Assembly (NCBI GenBank): GCA_965248575.1
Contig: CBDFJQ010000002.1
Span: 3,104,001 to 3,168,000, forward strand
DNA: 64,000 bases
Direction of reading: 5' to 3'
Source: Planctomycetota bacterium
GTDB taxonomy: Bacteria; Planctomycetota; B15-G4
Part shown: in pieces, positions 9,197 through 17,705 of the stretch
How positions within the stretch are numbered: the stretch's first letter is position 1
Layout: each line of letters begins with the position of its first letter
The notes under the pieces: generated by a model
What the model saw: the letters and a program-made list of their open reading frames with translations, nothing else
What the model was told of the DNA's origin: nothing
The model's database searches: none
Program-made: the position numbers and the translations under genes

Positions 9197-10888
9197 ATGA
9201 GCCTAGAACCGCCGCGTCACGATCGCCTCGTCTCCACCCTCCTGCGCGACCAGGCCGCCGAGCGCCCGGACAAGGAGGCGCTGGTCTATCCGGCCTTCAC
9301 GCAGGGCGGGCAGGCGCTCCGCCTGAGCTTCTCGCAGCTCGACGCGCAGGTCGACCGGCTGGCCAAGGGTTGCCTGGCGTTGGGGCTCCGGCGAGGTGAG
9401 CACGTCGCAGTGTGGGCGGGGAACGTCCCGTCCTGGGTTCCGCTGGAGTTCGCCCTGGCACGGATCGGCGCCGTGCTCGTCACCGTCAACACCTCCCTGC
9501 AACAAGAGGAGGTGGCCTATGTGCTCGAGCAGAGCCACGCCGTTGCGGTGATCCACACCACGTGCAACGGCAGCACGGAAGCCAGCGTCACCTTGGACTC
9601 CTTGATCGAAGGCCAGGGAACAAGCGAGACGACTCCCGCCCTGGACAACCTGCGCCTACGGCTCTGGATGCCGAGCCTGTCGGGAGAGGAAGCGCCCCTG
9701 CTCAAGGCGCCACGGGGCGGAGAAGCTACGAACCTCGACGACCTCCTGGCGCGCGGCGAATCCATCTCGCTCGACGAGGTGCGGCGCCGGGAGGACTCCC
9801 TCGACCCGATGGATGTCATCAACATCCAATACACCTCGGGCACGACGGGCTTTCCCAAGGGCGTCATGCTCAGCCACGTCAACATGATGACCAGCGCCTA
9901 CGCCCTGGGTGACGAGATTGAGCTCACCCATGACGACCGCGTGGTGCTCATGGTGCCGCTCTTCCATTGCTTCGGCTGCGTGGTCGCCGTGCTGGGAACC
10001 TACACCTTCGGCGCCAGCTTGCACTGCCTGCCCGCCTTCGACCCGGGCCACGTGTTGCGCCTCATCCACGAAGAACGCTGCACCGTGATCCACGGCGTCC
10101 CCACCATGTACGGCGCCATGCTTGCCCACCCCGATCGCGCCCAGTACGACACCAGCAGCTTGCGCACAGGACTCGCCGCCGGGGCCCCCTGCCCCGTACC
10201 GCTCATGCACGCCATCGCTGAGGACCTGCAGTGCGAGGGGATTCTGGTGGCCTACGGCCTCACGGAAGCAGCCCCCGGTGTCTCTGGCTGCAGGCCCGAC
10301 GACAGCTTTGAAGCGCGCAGCGAGACCATTGGCCGCCCCATCCATGCCGTGGACGTTCGCATCGCGGACCCGGCCACCCACGAGGCGCTTCCCGACGGCG
10401 AGGAAGGGGAGCTCCAGGTGCACGGACCCAACATCATGGTGGGCTATCACGACGACCCGGAGGCAACTGCCGCGGCCATGACACCGGACGGCTGGTTGCG
10501 CACCGGTGATTTGGGAGTCCGCGGCGAAGACGGGCTGCTGCGCGTCGTCGGCCGCATCAAGGACATCATCATTCGCGGCGGCGAGAACATCGCACCGGCG
10601 GAGATCGAGAACCTGCTCCGCGCTCACCCGGACATCGTGGACGCAGCCGTGGTGGGCATCCCTGACGAGACCTTCGGCGAAGAGGTCGCCGCCGCGCTGC
10701 GTCTCGCCCCGGGCGCGGCCCTCGACATCGGCAGCTACGAAGCGCTGCTCGAAGGACGCATCGCTGGCTTCAAGCAACCCAAGGGCTATCACGTCTTCGA
10801 GGCCTTCCCCCTGACGGGCTCCGGGAAGGTGAAGAAGTTCCAGATCTGCAAGTGGATCGCGTCCGGCGACGGCGACCTCGCCGGCTAG
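9197..10888 (+). CDS. AMP-binding acyl-CoA synthetase
   Basis: YTSGTTGFPKGV, YGLTE, GWLRTGDLG, GRIKDIIIRGGENI, SGKV. Confidence 0.95.
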   Translation: MSLEPPRHDRLVSTLLRDQAAERPDKEALVYPAFTQGGQALRLSFSQLDAQVDRLAKGCLALGLRRGEHVAVWAGNVPSWVPLEFALARIGAVLVTVNTSLQQEEVAYVLEQSHAVAVIHTTCNGSTEASVTLDSLIEGQGTSETTPALDNLRLRLWMPSLSGEEAPLLKAPRGGEATNLDDLLARGESISLDEVRRREDSLDPMDVINIQYTSGTTGFPKGVMLSHVNMMTSAYALGDEIELTHDDRVVLMVPLFHCFGCVVAVLGTYTFGASLHCLPAFDPGHVLRLIHEERCTVIHGVPTMYGAMLAHPDRAQYDTSSLRTGLAAGAPCPVPLMHAIAEDLQCEGILVAYGLTEAAPGVSGCRPDDSFEARSETIGRPIHAVDVRIADPATHEALPDGEEGELQVHGPNIMVGYHDDPEATAAAMTPDGWLRTGDLGVRGEDGLLRVVGRIKDIIIRGGENIAPAEIENLLRAHPDIVDAAVVGIPDETFGEEVAAALRLAPGAALDIGSYEALLEGRIAGFKQPKGYHVFEAFPLTGSGKVKKFQICKWIASGDGDLAG

Positions 10889-10942
10889 TCGACCCGCAGC
10901 ACGAGGCGAACCGCAACGCCGGCCCCACGTCTCGGGCCCTGA

Positions 10943-11602
10943 TCAAGAGTCGACGGACACCCGCAAGTCGAGGGTGCTGAAGGCGCGAAGGGGAGCCGCA
11001 TCCTGCACGGCTATCAGGCTCTGCACGATGACCCGGTCGTGTTCGCTCTCCGGCAGAAAGCCCCACTGGTCCAATCCGCTGAGCGAACCACCCAACAAAC
11101 CCACCAGCTTCGGCAGCGTGTTGGCGTGGGCTGCCACGACGGCGAACCCACCGCCCGCGGATGACTCCAGCCGCGTGGCCAGTGCTTGGGGGTCGCGAGC
11201 CCCATATTCCTGGACCTCGAGCCCGAACTGCTCTGCCAGGGGCTGCATGCTTTCCTTGGTCCGCCGCAGCTCGGTGGCGAAGACCTGTGTGACGGGGCAA
11301 GCCTTCAGCAGTTGCGCGAGCCCCGCGGCACGCTGCTCGCCCCGCACCGACAAGCCCGGGTCGTTCGATGCCGGGCCCTCCATTTCGCAGTGCCGCACGA
11401 ACACGACGGTGCCGAAGCGCGGAGCCGCGATGGGCTCCTGCTGCGCGATCTTGCTGCGCAACAGCGTTGGTGTCGCCAAGAGGCCTACGGAGAGAAGACC
11501 AAGGGCACTGCGGCGGGTGGTGGAGGCAGGAATCGTCACGGCAGCGTCTCGCTCGGTTTGGCGTCGGCTTGACCTCATGCCAAGCCCACACCTCCAACGC
11601 AA
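10943..11602 (-). CDS. Histidine phosphatase (phosphoglycerate mutase/SixA-like) family protein, possibly Tat-exported
   Basis: VFVRHCE, DPGLS..G..RA, TELRRTKES, AAHANT; TRRSALGLL resembles a twin-arginine signal. True start probably downstream of 11602. Confidence 0.75.
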   Translation of the reverse strand: MRWRCGLGMRSSRRQTERDAAVTIPASTTRRSALGLLSVGLLATPTLLRSKIAQQEPIAAPRFGTVVFVRHCEMEGPASNDPGLSVRGEQRAAGLAQLLKACPVTQVFATELRRTKESMQPLAEQFGLEVQEYGARDPQALATRLESSAGGGFAVVAAHANTLPKLVGLLGGSLSGLDQWGFLPESEHDRVIVQSLIAVQDAAPLRAFSTLDLRVSVDS

Positions 11603-11630
11603 TGCCGCGCGCGATCGAACGCAAGATCCG

Positions 11631-11828
11631 TCAGTTTGAGGGTTCGTCGAAGTAGAGGATCAACTTCTTGGGCACCCCGTCGTCATAGGTGTCGTCGCTG
11701 GCCTCCCAGCTCGACACGACGCGGCCTTGGTCACCCATCGCCTTGCACTTCGTTGCGATCTCCTCCATGGCCTTGTAGGCCTCGGTGGTCGTCGAGAAGG
11801 GGATCGCCGTCACACGTTTGAGTGGCAT
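11631..11828 (-). CDS. Small hypothetical protein (65 aa)
   Basis: GC3-biased ORF lying 33 bp downstream of the lipoprotein gene on the same strand. Confidence 0.55.
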   Translation of the reverse strand: MPLKRVTAIPFSTTTEAYKAMEEIATKCKAMGDQGRVVSSWEASDDTYDDGVPKKLILYFDEPSN

Positions 11829-11861
11829 GTCATCGTCCGTTGGAAACTGGGGGAAGAAGCC

Positions 11862-12920
11862 CTACTCAAGAGCATTGATCAACTTCTGGAGCTGCTCCTG
11901 CTCGCCGGTGCCAAAGGTACCGCGCTGCGCCTCGAGCGCATTGGACAGTTGCGTCTGCTGGGCCGAGAGACCCAAACCGTCGAAGCCGGAGATAGCAGGG
12001 ATCAACCCCTCGTCTTGCGACACCTTGTATGCCTCCTTGAGCTTGGCCGCGTCGGTGCTGCGCTTGGCCTTGCCGACAGCAACATCCAGGAGAGTCTGGA
12101 CCTCGGCCGCCAGCTCGTTCTGCGTATTCTGGAAGGTGGGGTCCATGCGCTCGTACATCGCCTTGCGGATGTCCTGGCGCATGGCGAGCAAGGTGGCGGC
12201 CTTGCCCGTGGCGAAATACTGCGTGAAGTTCAACTGAACGTCGGCATCGGCAGCCTTGGCGTTGGCTGCAGCGTTCGCGACGGCCAGGAACGAAGGCATC
12301 TTCACCATGTACTTCGCGCCGAGCTTCTCAATCGAAACGGGTGCAAGAGCCAGTTCCTTGCGCATGTAGCCGGCTTGCAACGACGTCGGATACGGCGACC
12401 CCGCCTGCCCGCTGTAGCCCACCTTCAACCCGAGAGTGCTGTCAGTCCCGAAGAACAAGGGCCTGATGCTTCCCGGCTCCAGGAGTTTGTCGGGGAGGAA
12501 CCAAGAATCCACCGGCTTGGTGTCCAACTCTTCTGCGGAGTCATAGGGAGCGATGGCGTTCTCCACTCCCTTGTCGCCGCTGATGCTGGCAAGTTTCTGG
12601 GGGTCTGGATCGTTGTAGAGCGCCGCCATGGCGATGGCTGCGTCGCCACCCGTGAAAGTGGACGAAGCCCCCAAGAAGAAGCGAGAAAAGGCGTTGGAGT
12701 CCGAGCTGAAGCTCGACATCAGCGGCACTGTCTTGCCGTTCTCGAAGGTCGGAGCAATGGCGCCCTCCCGGCGAGCGATGCTGATCTCAGCCGTGGGCGG
12801 CGTCGCGTCGAAATCCAGGCCCACGTTGCTCTTCGTGACGAAGAGCGCGCGGTTGTAGCCGATCCCACAGGCTGGCAAGAGCAACGCGAGACCGAACAAA
12901 GCGAGACAAGCTGTCTTCAT
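11862..12920 (-). CDS. Hypothetical lipoprotein
   Basis: Signal MKTACLALFGLALLLPAC with lipobox LPAC; beta-rich N-terminal part and helical C-terminal part. Confidence 0.75.
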   Translation of the reverse strand: MKTACLALFGLALLLPACGIGYNRALFVTKSNVGLDFDATPPTAEISIARREGAIAPTFENGKTVPLMSSFSSDSNAFSRFFLGASSTFTGGDAAIAMAALYNDPDPQKLASISGDKGVENAIAPYDSAEELDTKPVDSWFLPDKLLEPGSIRPLFFGTDSTLGLKVGYSGQAGSPYPTSLQAGYMRKELALAPVSIEKLGAKYMVKMPSFLAVANAAANAKAADADVQLNFTQYFATGKAATLLAMRQDIRKAMYERMDPTFQNTQNELAAEVQTLLDVAVGKAKRSTDAAKLKEAYKVSQDEGLIPAISGFDGLGLSAQQTQLSNALEAQRGTFGTGEQEQLQKLINALE

Positions 12921-12978
12921 CTGCATGTCATTCCCCAGAGTCACTGCCACGGTCTGCCCGTGGCGATTCGAATGTCTA

Positions 12979-13377
12979 TCACGGGTCCGACGGGTTCAAC
13001 AACTCGACAGGGAACTCCGTCCCCACCCGCACTTCCAAGAGATCAGAGCTCGGCCAGTCGAGGCGGAACTTCGTGTTCGCGTTCGTCACGCGCAGTTGCG
13101 TGTTCCTGTTCCATCCGGCCATGACGAACCAGGGCGAGCCCAAGCCCAACCCCAAGCCCAGCATGTCCGTGCTCTGCCCGATGGCGCGCACGCCCTCGGA
13201 CTCAGGGCTGACGCGCATGCGCATATGACCGAAGCCGAAGAGATGCTCAGTGCCTGTGTCCGGGTCGAAGTATCGGATGGCACAGGACGGGAGGACGGCA
13301 GCCACAAGCAGCGCGACGCACAGGAAGCGCACACGTCGACATCCCTTCGGACGCAACAACCCACGACGGCCACCCAT
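12979..13377 (-). CDS. Hypothetical small lipoprotein
   Basis: Lipobox VLPSC followed by AIRYFDPDTGTEHLFGFGH. Start uncertain. Confidence 0.65.
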   Translation of the reverse strand: MGGRRGLLRPKGCRRVRFLCVALLVAAVLPSCAIRYFDPDTGTEHLFGFGHMRMRVSPESEGVRAIGQSTDMLGLGLGLGSPWFVMAGWNRNTQLRVTNANTKFRLDWPSSDLLEVRVGTEFPVELLNPSDP

Positions 13378-13554
13378 CTGAAACCCCCAGGCAATCGGGA
13401 CTTCAGGCAGCAGCTCCCTCGGCGACGGCCTCCAGCCCCTCAGCCTGAGAACCCTAGGCGAGATGGCCAGATTCGTCCAGCCGTCGGATGCTCCCACTGG
13501 CGGGAACACATATTCCCACCCATGGATCCCCGGCTGATCTGTCGAACGGGCCCC

Positions 13555-15528
13555 TCAGATCAACTCGGCGTCCGTCATGACTTCCACCAGGCTCGGGCCG
13601 TCGTGCGCCAAGGCCGTCTTCAAGGCCTCCTCCAGCTGATCAAGTCGCTCGACCCTCAGACCCAAGGCACCGCAGTTCTCGGCGAACTTCGAGAAGTTGG
13701 GGTTCACGAGCGATGTCTGCCACACGTCGAACTCGGCGTTGCGTTGCTCCTTGCTGATCTTGCCCAGCTCGCAGTTGTTGAGCAGCACGTGCGTGATGTT
13801 CATGCCGTACTTCACGGCCGTGGTGATCTCGCCCATGTACTGGCCAAAGCCACCGTCGCCGCTGATGGAGACGACCTTGCGAGTGTCGCCCACCGCGGCC
13901 CACGCCCCCATGGCAGCAGAGAACCCGAAGCCGATGGAGCCGAGGTAACCCGACATGAGCACCGCTTGCCGCTTGCACTCGAAGTAGCGGCCGAAGCTGT
14001 ACGTGTTGTTGCCCACGTCCACGGGCATCACCGCATCCTCGGGGACCAAGCGTTGGAGTGCTGCGAAGAGCGCGGCCGAATTCACGCCCTTGCCCAGGTC
14101 ATCCACAACGCGGCTCGCCTTCTCCTCACGCCAAAGGCGCCAGCGCTCCGCCAGCTCCTCACGCGGATCGGCCGCCTGGTGCCCATCGAGTCGACCCCTG
14201 AGCAGCTTGGCGGTGACGCCGATCTCACCCCACATGGGGAGATCCACGGGATGGCCCTTGCCCAGCGCCATGGCATCGAAATCCACCTGGATGATGGGCT
14301 TCTTGGCCGAGATGCCGGTGTGATTGCTGAACGACGCGCCGAAGACCAGCAGCAGGTCCGCCTCGTTCATGAACCAGCTGGCGATGGGCGTGCCGCTGCG
14401 CCCCAGGACACCTCCCGCGAGGGGGTGGTCGTCCGGGATGAGCCCCTTGCCCTTGAAAGTCGTGATGATCGGGGCGTTCACGCTCTCCGCGAGGGCCACC
14501 ACGGCGTCCATTTCGAAACGCGCCCCATGGCCAACCACGATCAACGGCCGCTGCGCAGCTCGCAGCCGCTTCTCGGCTTCGTCCTGCGCGGCCACCGGCG
14601 GTGCGATCTGGGGCAGGCCCATGCGTCCCTTGGGCCCCGAGGCCTCTGCCCCTTCCTTGGCCGGCATGGGCTGCACTTCATCCGGAAAGATGAGGTGGCC
14701 GACGTCGCGCTTCAGGGTGGCGTGCTTCAGCGCCAAGGTCATGAGCTCGGCATGGTCGCTGTTCTGCAAGACCACTTGACTGAAGGCGGCCACCGGCGCA
14801 AAGGCCGTCTTGAGGTCCAGCTCCTGGAAGTTGCCGGGGCCCATGACCTGCGTCGCCACCTGCCCGGTCAGGGCAAGGATCGGGGCGCGGTCGACCTTGG
14901 CGTCCCAGAGGCCCGTCATCAGGTTCGTGGCGCCAGGACCGGCGATGCTCAGGCAGGCAGCGGGCTTGCCCGTGAGCTTGCCGTAGGCGCTCGCCGCGAA
15001 AGCAGCCGCCCCTTCGTGCCGCACACCGATGAACGTCAGCTTGCCCGCTTCTTCCTGGACGCGCAGGGCATCAGCCAGGCCCAGGTTGCTGTGCCCCACC
15101 ATTCCGAACACATGGGTCACGCCCCAATTGACCATGGTCTCCGCCATGACGTCCGAGACGCTGCGAACACGCGGCGCTTCTTCTTCCACGCCGACGTAGA
15201 TGCCGTCTTCCCTGTGCTCTACCTGGAAGGTCGGCACCCCATCCTCGTGTGAGCCTGGCGAACGGCCGGTACACGGGTGGAAGTCCCAACCGTGCCATGG
15301 GCAGCGCAACCAACCGTCCTCAATGCTGCCTTCACCGAGCGGCCCACCCTGGTGCGGACAGGCGTTGTCGATGGCGCAGTACTTGCCCTCAAAGTGACTC
15401 AGTGCCAGGTTCTGGTGCCCTGCCGTGACGCTGCGGACGCGCCCCTCGGGCAGTTCATCCGAGCCCAGGACGCGATGCCAGTTCACGACCATCTGCTTTC
15501 CCTCGCCCTGCTTCGATGCGTCCTTCAT
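13555..15528 (-). CDS. Rieske [2Fe-2S] domain fused to a pyruvate oxidase-like TPP/FAD enzyme
   Basis: Rieske CPHQGGPL...CPWHG; TPP family RHEGAAAFAA, GPGATN, GDGGF...NN. Confidence 0.9.
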   Translation of the reverse strand: MKDASKQGEGKQMVVNWHRVLGSDELPEGRVRSVTAGHQNLALSHFEGKYCAIDNACPHQGGPLGEGSIEDGWLRCPWHGWDFHPCTGRSPGSHEDGVPTFQVEHREDGIYVGVEEEAPRVRSVSDVMAETMVNWGVTHVFGMVGHSNLGLADALRVQEEAGKLTFIGVRHEGAAAFAASAYGKLTGKPAACLSIAGPGATNLMTGLWDAKVDRAPILALTGQVATQVMGPGNFQELDLKTAFAPVAAFSQVVLQNSDHAELMTLALKHATLKRDVGHLIFPDEVQPMPAKEGAEASGPKGRMGLPQIAPPVAAQDEAEKRLRAAQRPLIVVGHGARFEMDAVVALAESVNAPIITTFKGKGLIPDDHPLAGGVLGRSGTPIASWFMNEADLLLVFGASFSNHTGISAKKPIIQVDFDAMALGKGHPVDLPMWGEIGVTAKLLRGRLDGHQAADPREELAERWRLWREEKASRVVDDLGKGVNSAALFAALQRLVPEDAVMPVDVGNNTYSFGRYFECKRQAVLMSGYLGSIGFGFSAAMGAWAAVGDTRKVVSISGDGGFGQYMGEITTAVKYGMNITHVLLNNCELGKISKEQRNAEFDVWQTSLVNPNFSKFAENCGALGLRVERLDQLEEALKTALAHDGPSLVEVMTDAELI

Positions 15529-15561
15529 GGCTGATGTCGCACTCCTGGGTGCGGCTTGGCT

Positions 15562-16560
15562 TCAGTACTTTGCCTGGGACTTCTTGAGCAGACTCGCGAA
15601 GTTGGCGTCCGCCTTGCGCTTCAGGTTGGCCGTGTCCTCATCCCAGCCATCGCGGGTGTCGTCGTACCAGGCGTTGAAGAACAGGTGCAGCTGGCCGTTG
15701 GTCATGCGGTAGGCCTCAGGGTCTACCTCGACCTTCTTGTTCCTGGCCCCCAGGGCGTAGGAGCACCAGCCGCCGTGCTGCGGCTCAAACCGCTCGGGGT
15801 TGGACAGGAAGGTCGTGCGGTTCTTCTCGCTCGCGAAGTAGTACAGCACCCCCCCGTGACGAAGGGAGTACTTCGACTTGCCTTCCTTTGGCTTGCTGCC
15901 ACCTTCCTTGAAGTAGCTCACCGGATCGTAGCCCTCGATGGCCAAGTCGTTCTTGCTGAGGTTGTAGTTGTCGATCGCGCGCCAGGTATCCGCCGACGCC
16001 TTGCGCGCGGACTCGCCTGTCATCGTCTTCCAGTTCTTGTCGGCCTTCTCCAAGGAGCTGCGCTCCTTGGGCACCCAATCCCCATCAAACTCGGCGTACT
16101 CTTTGTCTGCGAAGAGTAGAAGCCGACCCTCGCCGATCCGGTAGGCCGCTGGGTCGATCTTGTACTTGATGTTCTTCGCCATGGCGAAGCTGCACCATCC
16201 GCCGTGCGCGGGCTCGTAGGTCTCGGGCGAGGCCACGAAGGTGGCGCGATTCTCCTCGGTCGCGAATCGGTAGGTCGCACCCTGGTGGTTCAACGAGATG
16301 CTGGCGCTGCCCTTGCGAGGCGCGCCGCCGCCGATTTCGAAATAGGCCACCGGGTCGTAACCCTGGATGGCGAGAGTGTCCGAGCCCAGGTTGTAGTCAG
16401 CCACGGCTCGCTTGGCTTCCTGGGACGACGAGGCTGCGGGTCCGGCAGGAAATGCGCTGGCAGGCGCCGCACTTCCCAAGAGGGCGGTGGCGATGGCCAA
16501 TGCCGCAAATGCCGTACTGCAAACAGGGCGAAGGAAGTCGCCGAGGTGCTGGGTCTTCAT
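15562..16560 (-). CDS. Secreted tandem YHS-domain protein (Cys form)
   Basis: GAGGAG RBS and signal peptide; two repeats of AI.GYDPV.YF...G..Y.FA.E.NR..F...PE..EP.HGGWCS. Confidence 0.85.
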   Translation of the reverse strand: MKTQHLGDFLRPVCSTAFAALAIATALLGSAAPASAFPAGPAASSSQEAKRAVADYNLGSDTLAIQGYDPVAYFEIGGGAPRKGSASISLNHQGATYRFATEENRATFVASPETYEPAHGGWCSFAMAKNIKYKIDPAAYRIGEGRLLLFADKEYAEFDGDWVPKERSSLEKADKNWKTMTGESARKASADTWRAIDNYNLSKNDLAIEGYDPVSYFKEGGSKPKEGKSKYSLRHGGVLYYFASEKNRTTFLSNPERFEPQHGGWCSYALGARNKKVEVDPEAYRMTNGQLHLFFNAWYDDTRDGWDEDTANLKRKADANFASLLKKSQAKY

Positions 16561-16848
16561 CGTGCTTCTCCTCGAAATGAACCAGGTGTCTGGCGGTCTC
16601 GCCAGCGCTGAGCCGGGTGCTCATGGCTCTCACAGATGCTCGCCTAACGCGAGGGTTACGCGCACATGGCAATCTTGGGGCCGTCCCCAGTATTCTGTGC
16701 CCCCGAGAGTGAGAACGGGTGGAACGTGTGTCCCGGTCCCGCATCTCATGGCGCTGACGCCCACGCGCGTGTCGCTATGGACCCGCAGCACGGCGGGGTG
16801 AGATGACGGCCCCAGGCACCCACTGCAGGTAGGAAACGCGAGCGACTC

Positions 16849-17160
16849 ATGCCAAGCCCGTTCGGACAATTCATCGTCACCATCGTCGTTCCAGCCATGG
16901 CCTGGGCGGCGCTCAGCTACTTCGCACTGGGCCTGGTGTTCGGGGTGGTGTTCGTATTCAAGGGAGCGGCCAAGCTGGATCCCCTCGCGAAAACGGGCAC
17001 CTGGGGTTTTCGCCTGGCCATCCTCCCGGGAGCCATCGCGCTCTGGTTCCCCATCCTGATGGCCAAGCGGAGGGGACGCCTCGGGCCGGAGGCTCAACGC
17101 ACGCCACACACTCTGCGTGTCCGCGTCCCTTCCGACGCAAGCTTGGCGGACAACGGCTGA
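16849..17160 (+). CDS. Small membrane protein, first gene of the six-gene operon
   Basis: Two hydrophobic segments with LDP.A....GFRLAILPG..ALW.P; its stop overlaps the next ATG. Confidence 0.75.
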   Translation: MPSPFGQFIVTIVVPAMAWAALSYFALGLVFGVVFVFKGAAKLDPLAKTGTWGFRLAILPGAIALWFPILMAKRRGRLGPEAQRTPHTLRVRVPSDASLADNG

Positions 17161-17705
17161 TGATCCGCCCCCTACGCCGACGACATGCGCGCCACGTGCT
17201 GACCCTCGCGCTGATCTTGCCCGTGCTCCTGACCGCCGCGCTCCTCGCTCGCCCCGACGAGCAGCTGGCGCAGATGTCCTTTCCGCCGAGCCTGCTCGCC
17301 ACGCAAGACGTTCAGCCCCTTCCGTCGAGCGACCCCGGGCGGGGCGACATCGCCTTGCCGGGGGGGATCGGCGTCATCCGGGCTGCCCAGCTCGGGATGG
17401 ACGACAGCAGTCTGGATCTCGAGTTCGGCGAACTGCCGGCGAGCCCCAGCCTGCTCCTCTACTGGGCACCCATGGCGAGCCTCTCCATCACCGTGGACGA
17501 TGTGGTCCTCCCGACCGACGCCGTCCTGCTCGGCGCCCCTCAGCCCCGCAGCGCTGGCCGCTTCCCGCTCCCTGCTGCTGCTCTCGCCGGCGACGGCGTC
17601 CTGTTCGTCTACAGCCTCGGGCACCGCGAGCTGCTGGGGGCACCCCTCGCCCTGAGCACCGAGCTGCTGGCATCCCTGAGCGCCACCGACGGAGCCCAGC
17701 GATGA
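17160..17705 (+). CDS. Membrane-anchored hypothetical protein
   Basis: MIRPLRRRH + TM, then PSLLLYW, DAVLLG and VYSLGH; start/stop overlaps on both sides. Confidence 0.75.
   Translation: MIRPLRRRHARHVLTLALILPVLLTAALLARPDEQLAQMSFPPSLLATQDVQPLPSSDPGRGDIALPGGIGVIRAAQLGMDDSSLDLEFGELPASPSLLLYWAPMASLSITVDDVVLPTDAVLLGAPQPRSAGRFPLPAAALAGDGVLFVYSLGHRELLGAPLALSTELLASLSATDGAQR

Noticed and set aside
15562..16560. YHS protein as a second selenoprotein
   Set aside because: Both GGWC motifs use TGC and the frame has no internal TGA.
10891..16792. 13-bp direct repeat GACCCGCAGCACG at about 10891 and 16780 as possible island ends
   Set aside because: Matches of this length are expected by chance in 64 kb of high-GC DNA, and there is no integrase or tRNA.
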